Positions 48,478 to 61,857 of a stretch of DNA of 64,000 nt are shown in pieces; the stretch's first letter is position 1, and every line of letters begins with the position of its first letter. Source of the DNA: Chlorokybus atmophyticus (taxonomy: Eukaryota; Plantae; Mesostigma and Chlorokybus algae); contig RHPI01000797.1 of NCBI GenBank assembly GCA_009103225.1, positions 1,162,705 to 1,226,704 on the forward strand, written 5' to 3'. A program made the position numbers and the translations under genes. The notes under the pieces were generated by a model that was not told the DNA's origin, searched no databases, and was given only the letters and a program-made list of their open reading frames with translations.

Positions 48478-48869
48478 GCACAGCATGGTGGGTGTTGTTT
48501 AGCGCGCATTAGGGTTAGATTATCTGCGATTGCTGATAGCGTGTGTGCATCGCCGCCTGACAGATTTGTGTTTGTAGCCGTGCACAATTGTGTGCCTGTA
48601 CTATGTGGGAATTAGCACAGTTGAGCAAGGGTGTGACTGTGGAACATGTCACTACTTGTTCTGAGCAGCATTTCAGTGAACATTGTGTTTCTTGGTGTAG
48701 TTGGCCGGGTGTGATGCAACAAGACATCACTCAACTAGTTGTTTGGGATCTGCTGCTATACTTATATCGTCTGGCTTGTCTAAGCACATGCATGGCAACT
48801 CCGCAATCACAACACGCACATAATACCATTTGACCCAGGCGGGCACACACAACGCCGATGAACGCCCTG

Positions 48870-49823
48870 TCATTTGACTAGCCCATCTATGCTGAGCTCA
48901 GGCAGCACAGGCAGATGATTACATATGTCGGTTTGCCAGGTGCGACAACTTTGAGGAACTGCTGCCAGGTGTTTGGTAACAAAAAAGAAATTGATCCGCA
49001 AGGGCATGCCTGCAAGCTGCGAGAAATGTGCCACCACCACCTTGCCCGCAAACCTTCCAGGCATCAGCATACCTGCTCACCTCGCACAACTCTACAGCTG
49101 CGCTGCTATGCTCCTCCCACCCGTGACGTGCGGCCACCTCGCACAGCCCACGCCACGCGCAGTCACTGAAGTCACCCCTTGACACGGCGTTGATGTCCCC
49201 GCACAACACAACATTACGCATTGGCATGTTGGAAGAAGAGCACAGCTGCGCGAACACCGCACGTAGCTGCTCAACGCGTAGAGCCTCCGCCCTGTTGTCC
49301 AGATGTACCGCGCAGATATTGAGCGGCTCCTCAGCGTGCATGCAACAACACAACATCATGCGCAGTTCGTGCCCTTCACGTGTCGGCAGTGGGTGCGATC
49401 GCATGTTGTCTATTGGGTAGCGGCTGAGCACCGCCATGCCGTGGTCCTCATTCCCAGGTGCAAACACTACCTGCACATAGCCAGACCAGCAATAGCTTAA
49501 CCTGTCGCATGCAAGAAGTGGACTCACTCGCATCGGCTGCATGGATGTGAAGTGTGTTGATGTTGTCATTATACGGTGGTATCGGTGTAGTCAACACTGT
49601 GGCGCTGCCAGACTACACATAGCAGCGAGCAGTGTGCGTGCGTGTGCGCGCGGCTCTGACTCACCTGCCAGTTGAGCTGTTCTGCCACGCTGCGTGCAAG
49701 CTCTTCGGGCGTCATCTGCAGTGCAACAACATCGGTGCCAGCTTGCGCCAGAACCTCTGCCACGCCGCCACTCGTGCAAGCTTCGCTCTCCGCTCCGCAG
49801 AGGTTCCACGTCATCAACCTCAT
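48870..49823 (-). pseudogene. Endonuclease/exonuclease/phosphatase (EEP)-family gene with a frameshift and altered catalytic residues
   Basis: MRLMTWNL, DVVALQM (usually LQE), GMAVLSRYP, AVHLD, VVLCGDIN. After a frameshift near 49025 come LRINFFFV (usually RIDY) and CNHLPV (usually SDH). Confidence 0.8.
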
Positions 49824-49894
49824 AGCTACCTACCATGCACATTAACGCCAAGTCGAGGGCCGGAGCAGAATAGACGCACCAATCAGCTGCGGGT

Positions 49895-49944
<50 letters not shown>

Positions 49945-50021
49945 NTTTCCCGCCGGTCGGGCCCGCGGGGGCCACGCGGGCCGTCTCTGCGGCCTCCTGG
50001 CGACGGTGCGGGCTTCCGACT

Positions 50022-50236
50022 CCGTATCTTTCGGCACACGTTCGGCGCTATATATGTATGTATATAAAAATTACGTTACCCTAAGCAAACCCTAAATGCA
50101 AGTGTTGTAAGTTGTAAGTTGTTGCAATTTGCCGCCCATTCTTGGCAGCGGCGGCGGCGGCGGCGGCGGCGACGGCACGGTGCATTTTGGGAGAAGATTG
50201 TGACGGTTATAGGGCGTGGGGCGTGGGGCGTGGGTG
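50022..50236 (+). mobile_element. Transposon terminus, near-identical to 61858-62067; bounded by N gaps
   Basis: About 210 bp shared: CCGTATCTTTCGGCACACG, TA-rich stretch, AAACCCTAAA, (GGC)n, (GGGCGTG)n. Confidence 0.8.
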
Positions 50237-51999
50237 NATAATCTTGTGGCATAGAATAAATAAAAGCCATAATCAGTAGCGACGTTCTCGCTGCTGGCTT
50301 GGCTTCCTGTCGCGCTGCCTCAGTTCACTCGATATTCACTGAATAGTGACTTCGAAGTGAATAGCGAGTGACTTCCCCTATGCACTCGTGTCGATATTCA
50401 CATGTATTTACTCGCAGAGTGAGTATGGAGCGGTGGCTGCAGCCCCGAGTGGGCCCGTAGTGTCGTATTAATTGCAATACCGTAGCGCTTGGAATATTAC
50501 GACTATCCAATAACTCTAAAAACTGTTTATTAAGAAGTTTTTACTGGGGTTCAGCAGCAATTGTCCGAATGTTGGGCAATTGTCGCAAAGGCCGTACTGT
50601 TCTGCTATGGGCGGTGGAGGCCTTTTCTAGGGTGTTTATGATCGTTATGTGACCGTTAAAATGAAAGTCTGCAGCGCCTTCGGCGCAAATGTCGAAACAA
50701 AAACGAACTCAACAAATTCAAAGCCAATTGGAGTTTTGCTTGCGCTACGGTATTCGCTCTCTATTCCAGGTTAAAACCGGGATGAACCGAGATTAAACCG
50801 CGTTGTCCGGTCAGGATCACCTCGCAGCCATCAGTTGCATTACGTGAACCATTAATGACATTTGAATTGCTTTAAGAACTTTAACGCGCGATATGTACTA
50901 ATCTCTGTTGCATTATGATGGCTGGTCTAATAGCAACGTGACAGTAATAGTAATAATCGCTGTTTTTTCAGCTGGTTGATTTGGAAGCGCATGTTTGCCA
51001 AGATATAGATATACATCGGGCTTTGAAGGCCGACATGGATACCAACAAACATGGCACAGGCACGACTGAGGAGGAGCCTACTGCTAAAGGGTGGTGGATG
51101 CAAGAAGAATATGTGCATGAACAATCAGTTCTGTTGCAAAAAAGCTGCCAATGCATATGGGGTTGCATGCATATGCATGAAATGCGAGAACCAATAAGTG
51201 ACACACACTTTACTAGCCAATCAAACGACTTGCAGCCTGCCGTTGCCATCACGCCATTGCAAGGTGAGCACAACACAATAGTCGCCACACAATAGCACGA
51301 CGTGTGTTTCCCTCCGTAAACTTTGAAGTGATTTATCAACATCGACAAAGCGCAGCTGCGAGAAGGGCGATGTGGCTGTAGAAGCTAATTCGTTCACCAG
51401 CCTTCCGCGGCCCTTCTGCAATGTACATTTGCGCATATGTGCGCTTGTGCGTGCGCTTGTGTACGTGTACAACATGCCTGTCAAATGGGATGGCATCCCC
51501 ACCATGCACACGCGCACGCACGCAAGGGCCCGGCACACGCACATGCACACAAGCAGGCTGTTGAAGTTTGAGACGTGGCCTTAGCCGTCTCTAGACTCCA
51601 GTCAGCTTGGTTTAGGCTAATATTCGTTTTGAGCCGCCTCTGGTTCCGACAGTTTCGTCAGGCTAGCCAGTTCTGACAGGTTCTGACACTTAGGGCCGTT
51701 TTTTTGGTCTGATATCGACCAGACCCGCCTTGTGTCTTAGCTTGAGCTTGCATAGTGAGTTCTTGGTAGTTGTTACAGTTGTTTGCGTATAAGGGGACGC
51801 CCACACACGTTTAACATGGTTCACTTTGGTTGTGCTTGAGTTTGGTGGCGGCAGGCCTTGTGGTTTAGGCGTGGGTCTGGCCTGGTCTGGTTTGGTGTTT
51901 CTTGCTAGCAAAGACTGTTTGAGTGTATTGGGTTGTGTGTTCAAGTCTAGAAGAGCAGGCTGCAATCTCAGACCAGGCTGCAATCTCCTCACTCTACAC

Positions 52000-52490
52000 G
52001 TGTGAGTACGCGTTGCTTTGAGCTGGTGCACACCAATGTGTGCGGTTTAATGCCGGTGGCATCTTTTAGTGGGAGCTTCAAGTACTTTGTGACCTTCTTA
52101 AATAACTTCAGCAAGATGTCCGTGGTCGTGCCTTTGATGTTGCAATCTGATGTTGCCGAGGCTGTAGCTGAGATTTTCCAGCTCTTAGAGACCCAAGTTG
52201 GTCTGAAGGTGGCTGCAGTCCGCTCAGACCGTGGTGGAGAGTTTGTCAATACCAAGCAAAGGACTATAATTATGCCAAGAGAGGGATTCCGCATGAGAAG
52301 ACGGCACCCTACACTTCAGAACAGAACGGGAAGGCAGAGAGGCTGAACCTTACCTTACTAGAGAAGGTTCGGGCCATGCTTACTGATGCCAACATGGAGG
52401 ACAACATGTGGAAGGACGCGTTGTTGGCTGCAAACTTTGTTGGCAACCGTTCTCCTGTGAGTTCTCAAGCCAAGAATCCGTGGGGCTGTT
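52000..52490 (+). mobile_element. Ty1/copia integrase core remnant
   Basis: ELVHTNVCGLMP, KYFVTFLNNFSK, VRSDRGGEF, (frameshift) HEKTAPYTSEQNGKAERLNLTLLEKVRAML; catalytic Asp codons are mutated to Asn. Confidence 0.9.
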
Positions 52491-55051
52491 TGTTGGCATT
52501 TAAGCTTATAGCTATCTTTAGCCTAGTGCAGTTACCTTGGTTGTTTATGTGATAGACATGTTGTAATTGTACACTTGTAGTGTGACATGTCATGAGTTAT
52601 ATGCATTCGGCATATGCATATAGGCAGTTCTGCTATGTATAGCAGAGATATCAAGCAATTATGAGTCGTACTGCAGATATCGGATAGTTAGCTATTGTTA
52701 GCTAGGATATCGGGCTGAGTTGCGCCATATATGGCGGTCAACACACAGTAACGATGGCGTTCATTTGCATACGCTTGTTGCGCTTGGTGTGGCTGTGTGT
52801 GTGTGCTTGCTCTTGCTAGCCTAGCTTATGCAAGCACTACACTAGTTCAACAGGTTATGGGCCCACACTACGTAGTGTGATTAGCTCGTCCGTGGGAGCA
52901 GTGGACATATGGAGACGTTAATACGATGGACGTCACTGCCGACTGGAAGAGCTGGGAGGGCTACACCTACCCAACGTCTGAACGAGGAGGAAGCCTAAGG
53001 AGCAGCTGGTCGCTGCTGGAGATGCTCCAGGGTGGCACACGTGACCCCGCCGCAGCACCTGTCGTACTGGCAAGCTGCACGGCTGCTATTGTACCAGGCT
53101 GGGCCGGCTCAGGCCAGCGGCGGTACAAGCAGCAGGCGGCGTGGAAGGAGCATCTGGAGGGCGGCCTTGGGCCTCCTGTGCTCCTTGCTAAAGGACAGTA
53201 TGTGGGTGGTGTGCTTCTAGTCCCTAAAGAGCTGCCACGTGGCTGCAGCAGCAGGCGGCGACTGCAACGGCAGTCTGGTCGGCGGGAAAACAGGCGTGAC
53301 GCAGACAGGCGTGATGCAGGGCGTGACGCAGAGCAAGGCGTGATGCTCGAAGCGCGATGCTGGCTGCAGGACATCCGGTGGAGAGGATGAGGAAATGAGG
53401 AGAACAAGGAAGGTTCCAATAGCTAGCATGTGAATATTGCTAGTTGATTTGACCTTTGTAGCTAGCATGATAGCTAGTTGACATGACATTTGTAGCTAGC
53501 ATGATTGCTAGTTGACATGACACTTGTAGCTAGCATGGTTTGTTAGTTGATGTGACATGGGACATGTGTATGTGGGTATAGCATACATGTTGCTATGTGT
53601 ACTAGTTGATGACATGTACGTTTGTCATGGTTGAGTATATGTAGTGGTTGCTAAGTACGGTGGAGTGCTTGATGGGAGCGTGGTCTAGCGCTTGGTTGCG
53701 TGGATTGTGTACGCGGGGCTAGGTGCAGCTAGCACACCTAGATGGAAGACATGGCATAGTGTCTTAGGTCCAAGTACGGTGGTGATACTTAGATGGGAGT
53801 ATGGTTGACTACTCGGAGAGGAGGCATCCTTCACAACGCAGGGGAGCTGGGAGAAGATCCGCAAGCTCAGGACCAGCACGGTGGAGCTGCCACAACGGTG
53901 CATGGTGGAAGCGTGGTGTAGCGCTTGGTGATGGCAAGTTCGGTCATGTACTTGGTGCGCAACGGTTTCAGGTGTTGAGCACTGGAAGGAGAGCACGGCA
54001 TGTGCTCGGGAGCATGTGGAGAGCGCGAAGGCTACACGGACGCGTAGGGTTGCACGCGGGACATGCGGATGTGAGGACGAAGGGAGCACGGTTGAGTGCT
54101 TGGTTGGAGGCTGGTCTGGATTGCAAGTCTAAAGATTTACGACTGGTTTGCAAGTCCGGAGTTCCGAAGGTTTGTGACTGGTGTGCAAGTCTTGGAGGCT
54201 GGTGTGGAAGTCTACGAGGCTGGTCTTGCAGGTCTAAAGACTAGTCTGCGGGTTTAAAAATTAGCCTGAAGGTCTAAACTGCTGATCTGAGTGTGAGCTG
54301 GAGGTTTGAAGACTGGTCAGAGGCCGGAGCTGCTGGTCTGAAGGTCTGGGCTGGAGGTTTGAGATCTTAAAGACAGTATTCGAGGTGTCTGAGATCTGAA
54401 AGGCAGGTCTGAGAGGATTAAGGTCCGGAGGCAGGTCTGGTAGTCTGGAGGCAGACTTGCAGGTTTGGGTTGAGCTGCTTTAAGTTGGTCTGGAGCATAA
54501 GCAGGTCTGGATGACTGACGGCAATTTGGGTGGGCTGGGCCAAGCCGGTTTGAGCTAGTCTGGAGGTTTAAAGCTAGTCTGGAGGATTGAAAACAGGTGT
54601 AGACGCTGTTTTAAAGACTTGAAGAGCGTGGGAGCCTCCCGAAAGCGTGGGAGCTGGACGCGGAAGGTGAAGGACACGGCGAGCACGAGGCGGAGGCAGA
54701 AATCAATCAAGGCGCCTGCGTGGGAGTGTTGGCATTGAGGCTTATAGTTATCTATAGCCTAGTGCAGTTACTTTATTTGTTTATGTGATAGACATGTTGT
54801 GATTGTACACTTGTAGTGTGACATGTCAGGAGTTATATGCATTCGGCATATGCATATAGGCAGTTCTGCTATGTATAGCAGAGATATCAAGCAGTTATGA
54901 GTCGTATTGCAGATATCGGATGGTTAGCTAATGTTAGCTAGGATATCGGGCTGAGTTGCGCCATATATGGCGGTCAACACACTATGGTGTTCAATGGTGT
55001 TCACGTGCATACGCTTGTTGCACTTGGTGTGGCGGTGTGTGTGTGCTTGCT
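52491..55051 (+). mobile_element. Non-autonomous copia-type LTR element: 5' LTR 52491-52852, PBS 52853-52865, PPT about 54716-54726, truncated 3' LTR 54727-55051
   Basis: Two highly similar LTRs starting TGTTGG, the first ending TTCAACA. PBS is GGTTATGGGCCCA and PPT-like GCGTGGGAG precedes LTR2. No intact gag-pol; 34-bp tandem repeats at about 53458-53560. Confidence 0.9.
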
Positions 55052-55606
55052 TGTCACGCCCATAGGGCTGGCGAAAGTTACTCTCTGTTACTTACTGTGA
55101 TGGTAAGAATGTGGATGTGTGCTACTCATGTAAACTATGTGGTTCATGTGGACTTATCGCTTATCAAGATGTGTAGTGCTTGATAGGTTGAACCACACGG
55201 ACACGTCCTTGCCTCCTTAGGACGCTCGGACATTGCACTACACAAGGCATTGATATGTGCTAGCACAGAGCTGATCAATGTCTACAACGGCCATACGAGC
55301 CTTATGTTACAATGTGGTGACAATAGTTGCCATCTAAGGTAACCACGGAGCAGCTGTGACCTGCTACAGGCAGTTAACGTCAATTTGATGCTGTCTGCCA
55401 TTATGTGTCTACTACAGGTTGCAGTAAGCTGTTAATGGCATACTATGTTGTCCTGTGTTGGACACTCCAAATGATGCTAGGTTGATATCCTGTGATGGGA
55501 TAAGTCCTGTGTTTGACTCGTTAGCCTTGGAAATGCATCTTGAGCCTATGTTGAAGTTTCCAAGGTAAACAAGAGAGTCTTTATATAGGGCACATGTCAT
55601 GTGACA
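55052..55606. mobile_element. Possible second LTR or solo-LTR fragment that interrupts the copia 3' LTR
   Basis: Bounded by TGTCAC...GTGACA, starting exactly where LTR2 similarity stops; minus-strand CCCTATATAAAG; no target-site duplication found. Confidence 0.4.
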
Positions 55607-56339
55607 GGTCAGCACACAGTAACAAGGCCTTATTGGTTTTGGACATTGAATTGTCAGGTCGGGAGGGCAACAAGTGAGTATGTAAGCTTGTGTAAGCTTG
55701 GAGTGGGCATCATGGTATGCACTACTGGAGAGCCACTTGTGTGTGGGGTGCCTAGCTTAGAGCTGTTCAAGGGGCCCTCCCCCTTACCATCCTTCTAGGG
55801 TGGCTATGTGAGCGTGTGTGCGTGTGAGTACTTGGCAAGGAGAAGGTGTTCCAGAGGTGGGCGTCCTCTTCCTCCTTGGTTGAGGATATGCGCGCCCGTC
55901 CACGCAGCCATCCCAAAACACCTGGTCGTACGTGCAGTCACCCACAATTGCATAGACATGCTCAACTATTTCCTCCACGCCACAGGCAGCCACAGACGCT
56001 ATGACGACCTCCGCCCACACTTGCGCCGCTACTAGACCGCCAACGCCGCCGCCACGACTACTTCAGTTCAAACTACGACGATCTTCATTTGCCGATCGCT
56101 GGTGTTTTGAACTCAATTTACAACTTGGCAAATGACTTTAGGCGCGACCGCCGCATTGTGACAGTGCCGCACTGCAACGCGGGGGCACTACGGTGCACCG
56201 ACTGATTGGGCCACATCGCGCGCGTTATGCGCCATGCTAACGTTAGGCTAAGACGTTCGCACGCGGCCCAGGGCGGTTGCTTTGGCGCCAAGTTGGTGAC
56301 GGTGTCTCCTTGGGCAGCGACGCCTTGGCGTTGCTGCAA

Positions 56340-59300
56340 TGGAACAGCCAATGTTTACACTTGCTCGCAAGGCCAACCGACGTCTTAAGCTAAAGGCACA
56401 ACGCTTGCAAGCTGAGAGAGAGGCCGCCCGCATGCTGGCCAACCAGGCGACCAGATTGCATGCACTGCATGTGGACGTTTCGGTGGACAGTCACTTGCAA
56501 GCTGAAGACCACATGAAAGTGGATGCGAGTGCTTGTGGAGTCGAACAGCGCAATGATGACCAGGCTGCTGATAACACACAAGTGCTATTCGACAGATGTC
56601 CATGTGACCTATGCAAGCACGTCACGCAGATTTGTTGTCTTCACACACTGCCATGTTTTGATGCATGTGGGTGGCATGGTCATCATCATGCTTGTCTACA
56701 GTTGCGCCCATTACCGTTCCTCGCTCGGCACATGCGCCACCAGCGCCTGGCCCATGATGTTGTGTGGGGAGAGGCATCGAGTGTGAATGTCGATGCGGGG
56801 TGTCGACAAGAAATAGGCATAAATCAGACAGCACAACGGTGAGGATGCCCTGCTCAAGCTATACACGTACAAGCTACTGGATTTCATTCGCATCACCGAC
56901 GATCGTGGCCTTACGCAAGCTGCTATGAACGAAATGCTGTCGTATATGTTTGTTGGGGACAACGCGCTTGTCAACATGGCCTGCAAGGAAGGATGGAAGA
57001 ACAGCTTTGGAGGGCTGCAGGTATGGAGGTGCACCTCTGCACCTCTGGATTGTGCATGTTCGTTACTTGCCAGCGCCGCAACTATTGTCACACACTACGC
57101 TGCTCTTGGTACCCAGGTGCCGACGACCTTCTACCAGCTGAACCAACTGCTGCTGTCTATGGGAATGCCAGTGCCGATGCGGTACAACGCCTGCATCGAT
57201 AAGCAACACTGGACCTTGTACAATCCTTGGCCGCTTGAGATACCAATTGAAGAAGGCATTGCTCCACAAGGAACTCACTGCGACTCGCGCGCAGCCTCCA
57301 AGCAGAGTGTACTAACAGAGAAGTGCTCACATGCTGATTGCAACCTCACACGAGAGCAATCAATCACCTTTTTCTACCTTCCTCTGAAGGCTCGCATTAA
57401 GCTGCTGATGTCATGCCCTTCCATCTGCGAGCAACTATTATGCCAGTGGCGCGACCGCCGTTCATGGTTCAACAGATTACTTGAAGAGGCAACGACGGTG
57501 CCGGCTAGGGCGATCTGGCACGGCAGCAAGTGGCGGGAGGATAGCTGGTTCTGGGTCAGCAGCAAGAAGTTCCGTTTACAAGTCATGTGCCAAAACTGCC
57601 TAACTCGACATATTCCTGGTGTGGATCTGCGTGAAGGCCATGAGGTGGGCAGTAACTGGCATTTCAAGTATTATTCCTGCGGTGCAAGAAATGATTGCTT
57701 CATGCGGTTGACCCGAGGGGATCATGCAACATCGCACTTTCACACTATTGCGCACTGGGATGGGTTGCGGATTGCAACCACAACACTACGCAGCACATTG
57801 GGGGTCACCTTGCAGATATTGATTGGCGGTACGTAAAATGACAACGGTGCATGTTGTTTGCAGCATGCTACACTGACAACCCATTGCCGAGACTTGCGCC
57901 TACAGTTCCTGTGTTGCACTGGCAGTCGACTTCAATGATAACCACTGTATGCACTGTGTAGTACAGTGACGGTCCATGTTGGCACACAATGTCGCTCTTG
58001 ACATTCAAGCCGGCTCGCATGTAGAAAAAGCAACCACGTGCTGCAACGACTCTTTATTGCCAGTCATGTTCTAAAGATGATGTGCCTAAGGGTCAAGAAA
58101 ACATGGACCATTTTCTTGAGCCTCTGATCTGCGAGCTAGAGAATCTATTTCAGGAAGGCGTAGCTGTTGACTATGCGGGGCCCCTTTTGGAGGGCAAAGC
58201 GCGGGAGTTGTACATTCGCGCCATGCTGATGCTGTGGACGGGAGATCACCCGGCGCAGTGTCACATTGGGCGCTTCAATGGTGCGCAGGCACGCATGCCC
58301 TGTCGGCGCGACCTGCTAAAAGGTGAGAAGGTCCCCAAGACAATCCTCCGCAACCGACGCGTCCAGCATCAAGATAACACCTTTGTCAATGTTAAGACAG
58401 CTGTGAAGTCTTCGACCTACATGTACGGTAAAAACTGCAGGCTCAACCGCCACCCCCCTGAAACGCGCACGGCTGAATCCGCCAGGCGTAGTGCGGAGTT
58501 GCATGATCCAGATGCTGATGGACTGCCGCCCACCCAAATGGCGCCCACCCAAGAGGCGGTAGGCGTCACACAACAGTGGTGTCAGTGGTTACAGCATGCT
58601 TTGGCGACTGTACGACCTGTACGGGTTCGACCCGGTTCGTGATCTTATCTTCGACGTGATGCACGTGCTGTCCGAAAACATGACCAAGAGAGTTCTATGC
58701 CTCCGCCTCATCGGTGTCGATACAGTGAAGCAGAACGCATTAGCACTGTCGGCCAAGCTCGGCGCGAGGTGAATGCGCGCCTGTCCACATTTAAGCACTT
58801 GACACAAGAGATTAGGGACAGCAGGCATCCTCAGTACATCACTGACCGGTGCGTGCTGCTGTTTTTCATTACTAACCCAAATGCCTACGGATGGTCGGAT
58901 ATCGGTTAGCATTTGGCACTCAATGTCGTGGGCCCTACATTGTCTGCCGTTGGTGCGGTCGTACTGCAATGTGCCTTGCGTTTGATGGCAGCTTGCAAAT
59001 GTACAGTGGTAGTGATGGGGTGTCTGTCTGTGTCTTAGATTGGATAGCTGGAAGGCCGAGGAGCATTAGAAGTTTGTGCAGCTCGTGATGCCTTCCTCAC
59101 TGACCTGTTGATGCCGAAAAAGCGGGATTTGTGCATGATTGTCCATACCATCTTTCGCATCATCTACAACATCTCCCGAACTCAAGGATGGAGCAAGTCA
59201 CTGATGGAGGTTGCGGATGCATTACTCAGGCACTGGCGTGTGCTGTCCGAGGAGTACCTTGGTGTCAGAAGCCGTTTGAGCATGCGGCGGGAGCTGGACA

Positions 59301-60549
59301 TCTGCTGGAGGACATCAGGCGGTTTTGTTCTCACGATACATACTGATGTTACGTGTACGAGCGCGTAATGCACAACCACCTGGACACGCCCAGCAACACG
59401 AAGGACTACGAGTATGCATTCATCCACAAACACGTGCGTATGTGGTTTACTGACGTGGGCAAGATCAACCGCGACACGACTGCTGGCAATTTGGAGAGCC
59501 GCCGTGCGGTGGACTTTATCATGGAGTACTACTAGCCAAGCGACCGGGAGCGCAACGAGGGTGTCAACCGACGAGAGGGTTGGTTCACTATTACGTCCAT
59601 AGAGGCTGCCCGCAGTATGTGGAAGGTGATTGAGGCAGACCCGCATTCACCGGCAGCATCAGCTGCTCACAGGGGTGTAGTGGTTGGAGTGAGCAAAGTA
59701 CGCGAGTTGGGAGAGACATGCTACGCTGGAGTCAAGGATATCCTGTTGGCTGATGGCCTGGATCCCGAGCACGCACGCTGAGTTGCGTCCTTCAATCATG
59801 CTGTGATGCATGTGGATTACTTTACAGGTATGCAGTGTGGTGCGTTGTGGCATGCATTGGGTGCACATGGCTGATTATCTGTGTGTGACTGCAGGGAGGG
59901 CGAATGTGTGGTGTTGTCATTGACTGGTGGAAGAGACCACTTGCAGTTCGGACGCTTGAAAGCCATATTCGTCCACCAGCACGACCGAGCCAGGTGCATG
60001 GTTGAGGTGGACACGTTTTCTCAACTCGTAGGCGTTCGCAACACACGACATGTGGATGCGAACTCGCCGTATGTCAGTGTGCGTGCTCCTGTGACCCAGA
60101 TAACCAGGCTGAGTAGCATTCAGCGAAAATTCATGCTGTTGCCCCCTACCAACATTGTGCACGGTGACTCCAACATTCGCCTCGCATATGACCTGGACCG
60201 CATGGCACTTTGTTTGCGGCCAGAACACATAGACGGTCCGGTCTGGCCACATATCATAGACTTCGTCACAGTACGAGCAGGCGAGGAGACCATGTGGGAT
60301 ATGACTGCGCCGTCTACCAACAGTCTGGCTGTTGTCCGCCAAGTGAATGCGCGCATTATGAAGGTCGTTGTTGACATGTTGAGGACTGTGGAGGTACAGG
60401 TAATCCTAAATGAGGAGGACTCTACCCGTAAGGGCACGCGAATGCCCTACTACCAGTTGCGGCGTGTGGTGCAATGCGTCAAGGTGCAACGAGGCGGTCG
60501 AACACTGTACGAAGTGCAGCGCACTGTGCCCGTTGTGAGGCAGTCCTAA
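56340..60549 (+). mobile_element. Degraded multi-exon CACTA/EnSpm-like (Transposase_21-type) transposase gene
   Basis: FFYLPLKARIKLL, AIWHGSKW, HWDG, MDHFLEPLICELENLFQEGV, LMLWTGDHPAQ, DPVRDLIFDVMH, (Y)ERVMHNHL, FGRLKAIFVH; frameshifts and stops. Confidence 0.8.
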
Positions 60550-60862
60550 AACAAGCTTGCCATGTATACGACTGGCGCCGCGCCTGCTGCCTCAGTAGCA
60601 GTTGCGGCGACACTGTAGTTAGCCTAAAATGTATACTACTACTGCAGCAACATGATGTGCCAGTTGTGTGATAATGTAGTCCCCCACAAGGCACCAACCG
60701 ACAGTTAGATTTAGTGTATACATGTGAATGAAATGCGCTGGTGATTACAATGAGTGTCAATACGCGCATGCATTCGTGTGACTCGTAGAGGCACATGTCA
60801 CCTGACAGACATGGCATTACAACAGTAACTCCTAGGCATGGTACTTTGGCAATACTTCAACC

Positions 60863-61012
60863 CTAATCTTCGCCAGAAAACTCGCTGTTGTGAGCCGCCC
60901 GCTTCTCAAAGTCCTCTTCCAGCTTGTCAAAAAGCTCGCGGGTACGGTCCATCAGTCCAGCCACCATCTTCTTGTACTTCTTCTTGCGTGCGTGCACCTC
61001 CACTTTCTGCAT
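60863..61012 (-). CDS. Candidate 49-aa highly charged ORF, antisense and downstream of the CACTA-like transposase
   Basis: MQKVEVHARKKKYKKMVAGLMDRTRELFDKLEEDFEKRAAHNSEFSGED*; begins 6 nt after the shared motif at 61019-61035. Confidence 0.3.
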   Translation of the reverse strand: MQKVEVHARKKKYKKMVAGLMDRTRELFDKLEEDFEKRAAHNSEFSGED

Positions 61013-61018
61013 CACATT

Positions 61019-61625
61019 CACACCGATTGACGTCTAAAGATCATGAATGATTCGTACCTCTGGACCGGGATTTCCTCCTGCTAAATGAATTCGGACCATA
61101 TATGGTCGGATTGTCATTGACAGTCGGACCATGCATGGTCCAAACCTCACGTGAATGGTCCCATGTTTTTTTGGGGTTGCACCATGTATGGCCCCGTCAG
61201 TTTCGATCGCGTGAGGACCAGGTAACGTCCGAGCAGCGGACCAGGGACCAAATCATACAATTGTGGAAATTCAATCATGTGTGGTCCGGCCAGCGGACCA
61301 TGAACCTAACATTGATACATTATAAAGAGAATTGAGAGTGAATGCACCACAAGTGGCTTGATCTTCAGCCGACGGAACCGGCCACACCCGCTTGGCGCAC
61401 GAGGCCGCGGTGTTTTCAATATGATTAGCCAAGAACACATGCGCCCAATGAGAATCGAACCCAGTACCTTTTGTTAGCAAACACGACACCCTAACCACTA
61501 AGCTACAAGTGCACGTACCGGTAGGGATAGCGACATAGTTGCATCATATAGCATGCAATGTGCCGACGGCCGCTTGGCGATTGTCGATTGATCTGCCCAT
61601 AGGCTTGAGCCCATGCAATGCATGC
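61019..61625 (-). mobile_element. Second copy of the tRNA-like/GGWCC module
   Basis: Reverse-complement homology to 35815-36477. Confidence 0.85.
61440..61512 (-). ncRNA. tRNA-derived pseudogene (second copy)
   Basis: Minus strand GCACTTGTAGCTTAGTGGTTAGGGTGTCGTGTTTGCTAACAAAAGGTACTGGGTTCGATTCTC; A and B boxes present, stems imperfect. Confidence 0.65.
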
Positions 61626-61857
61626 TATAAGCTCTATAGGTTTTTATTTAGTATTTCGGGCCCAATTTCGAGTAAATACAGCGTCGGAGGAATTTAACAA
61701 CTTTTGCACACCTTCCTCGTAATCTTGCAGTGCTCTTCGGGCTGCCGATGTCGAGTTTATCGGCTAATTGTTGGCCGCATTCGTTGCTGCCGTCATTCGT
61801 TAATACGGTACCTAAGACATTGTATGTATGAGGTACCGTACCTTGGTAGCACCGGTA

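Noticed and set aside
51060-51160. SWIM-finger-like CSCTYSSCIH on the minus strand
   Set aside because: Spacing too short for SWIM and no supporting MULE motifs nearby.
52000-52490. Directional G-to-A hypermutation (Asp to Asn here, in the EEP gene and in Trx)
   Set aside because: Few sites, mixed contexts, and C-to-T changes are also present; ordinary methyl-cytosine decay is sufficient.
55784-56035. Divergent accessory gene of the CACTA-like element
   Set aside because: Short ORFs on both strands with no recognisable domain; cannot be supported.
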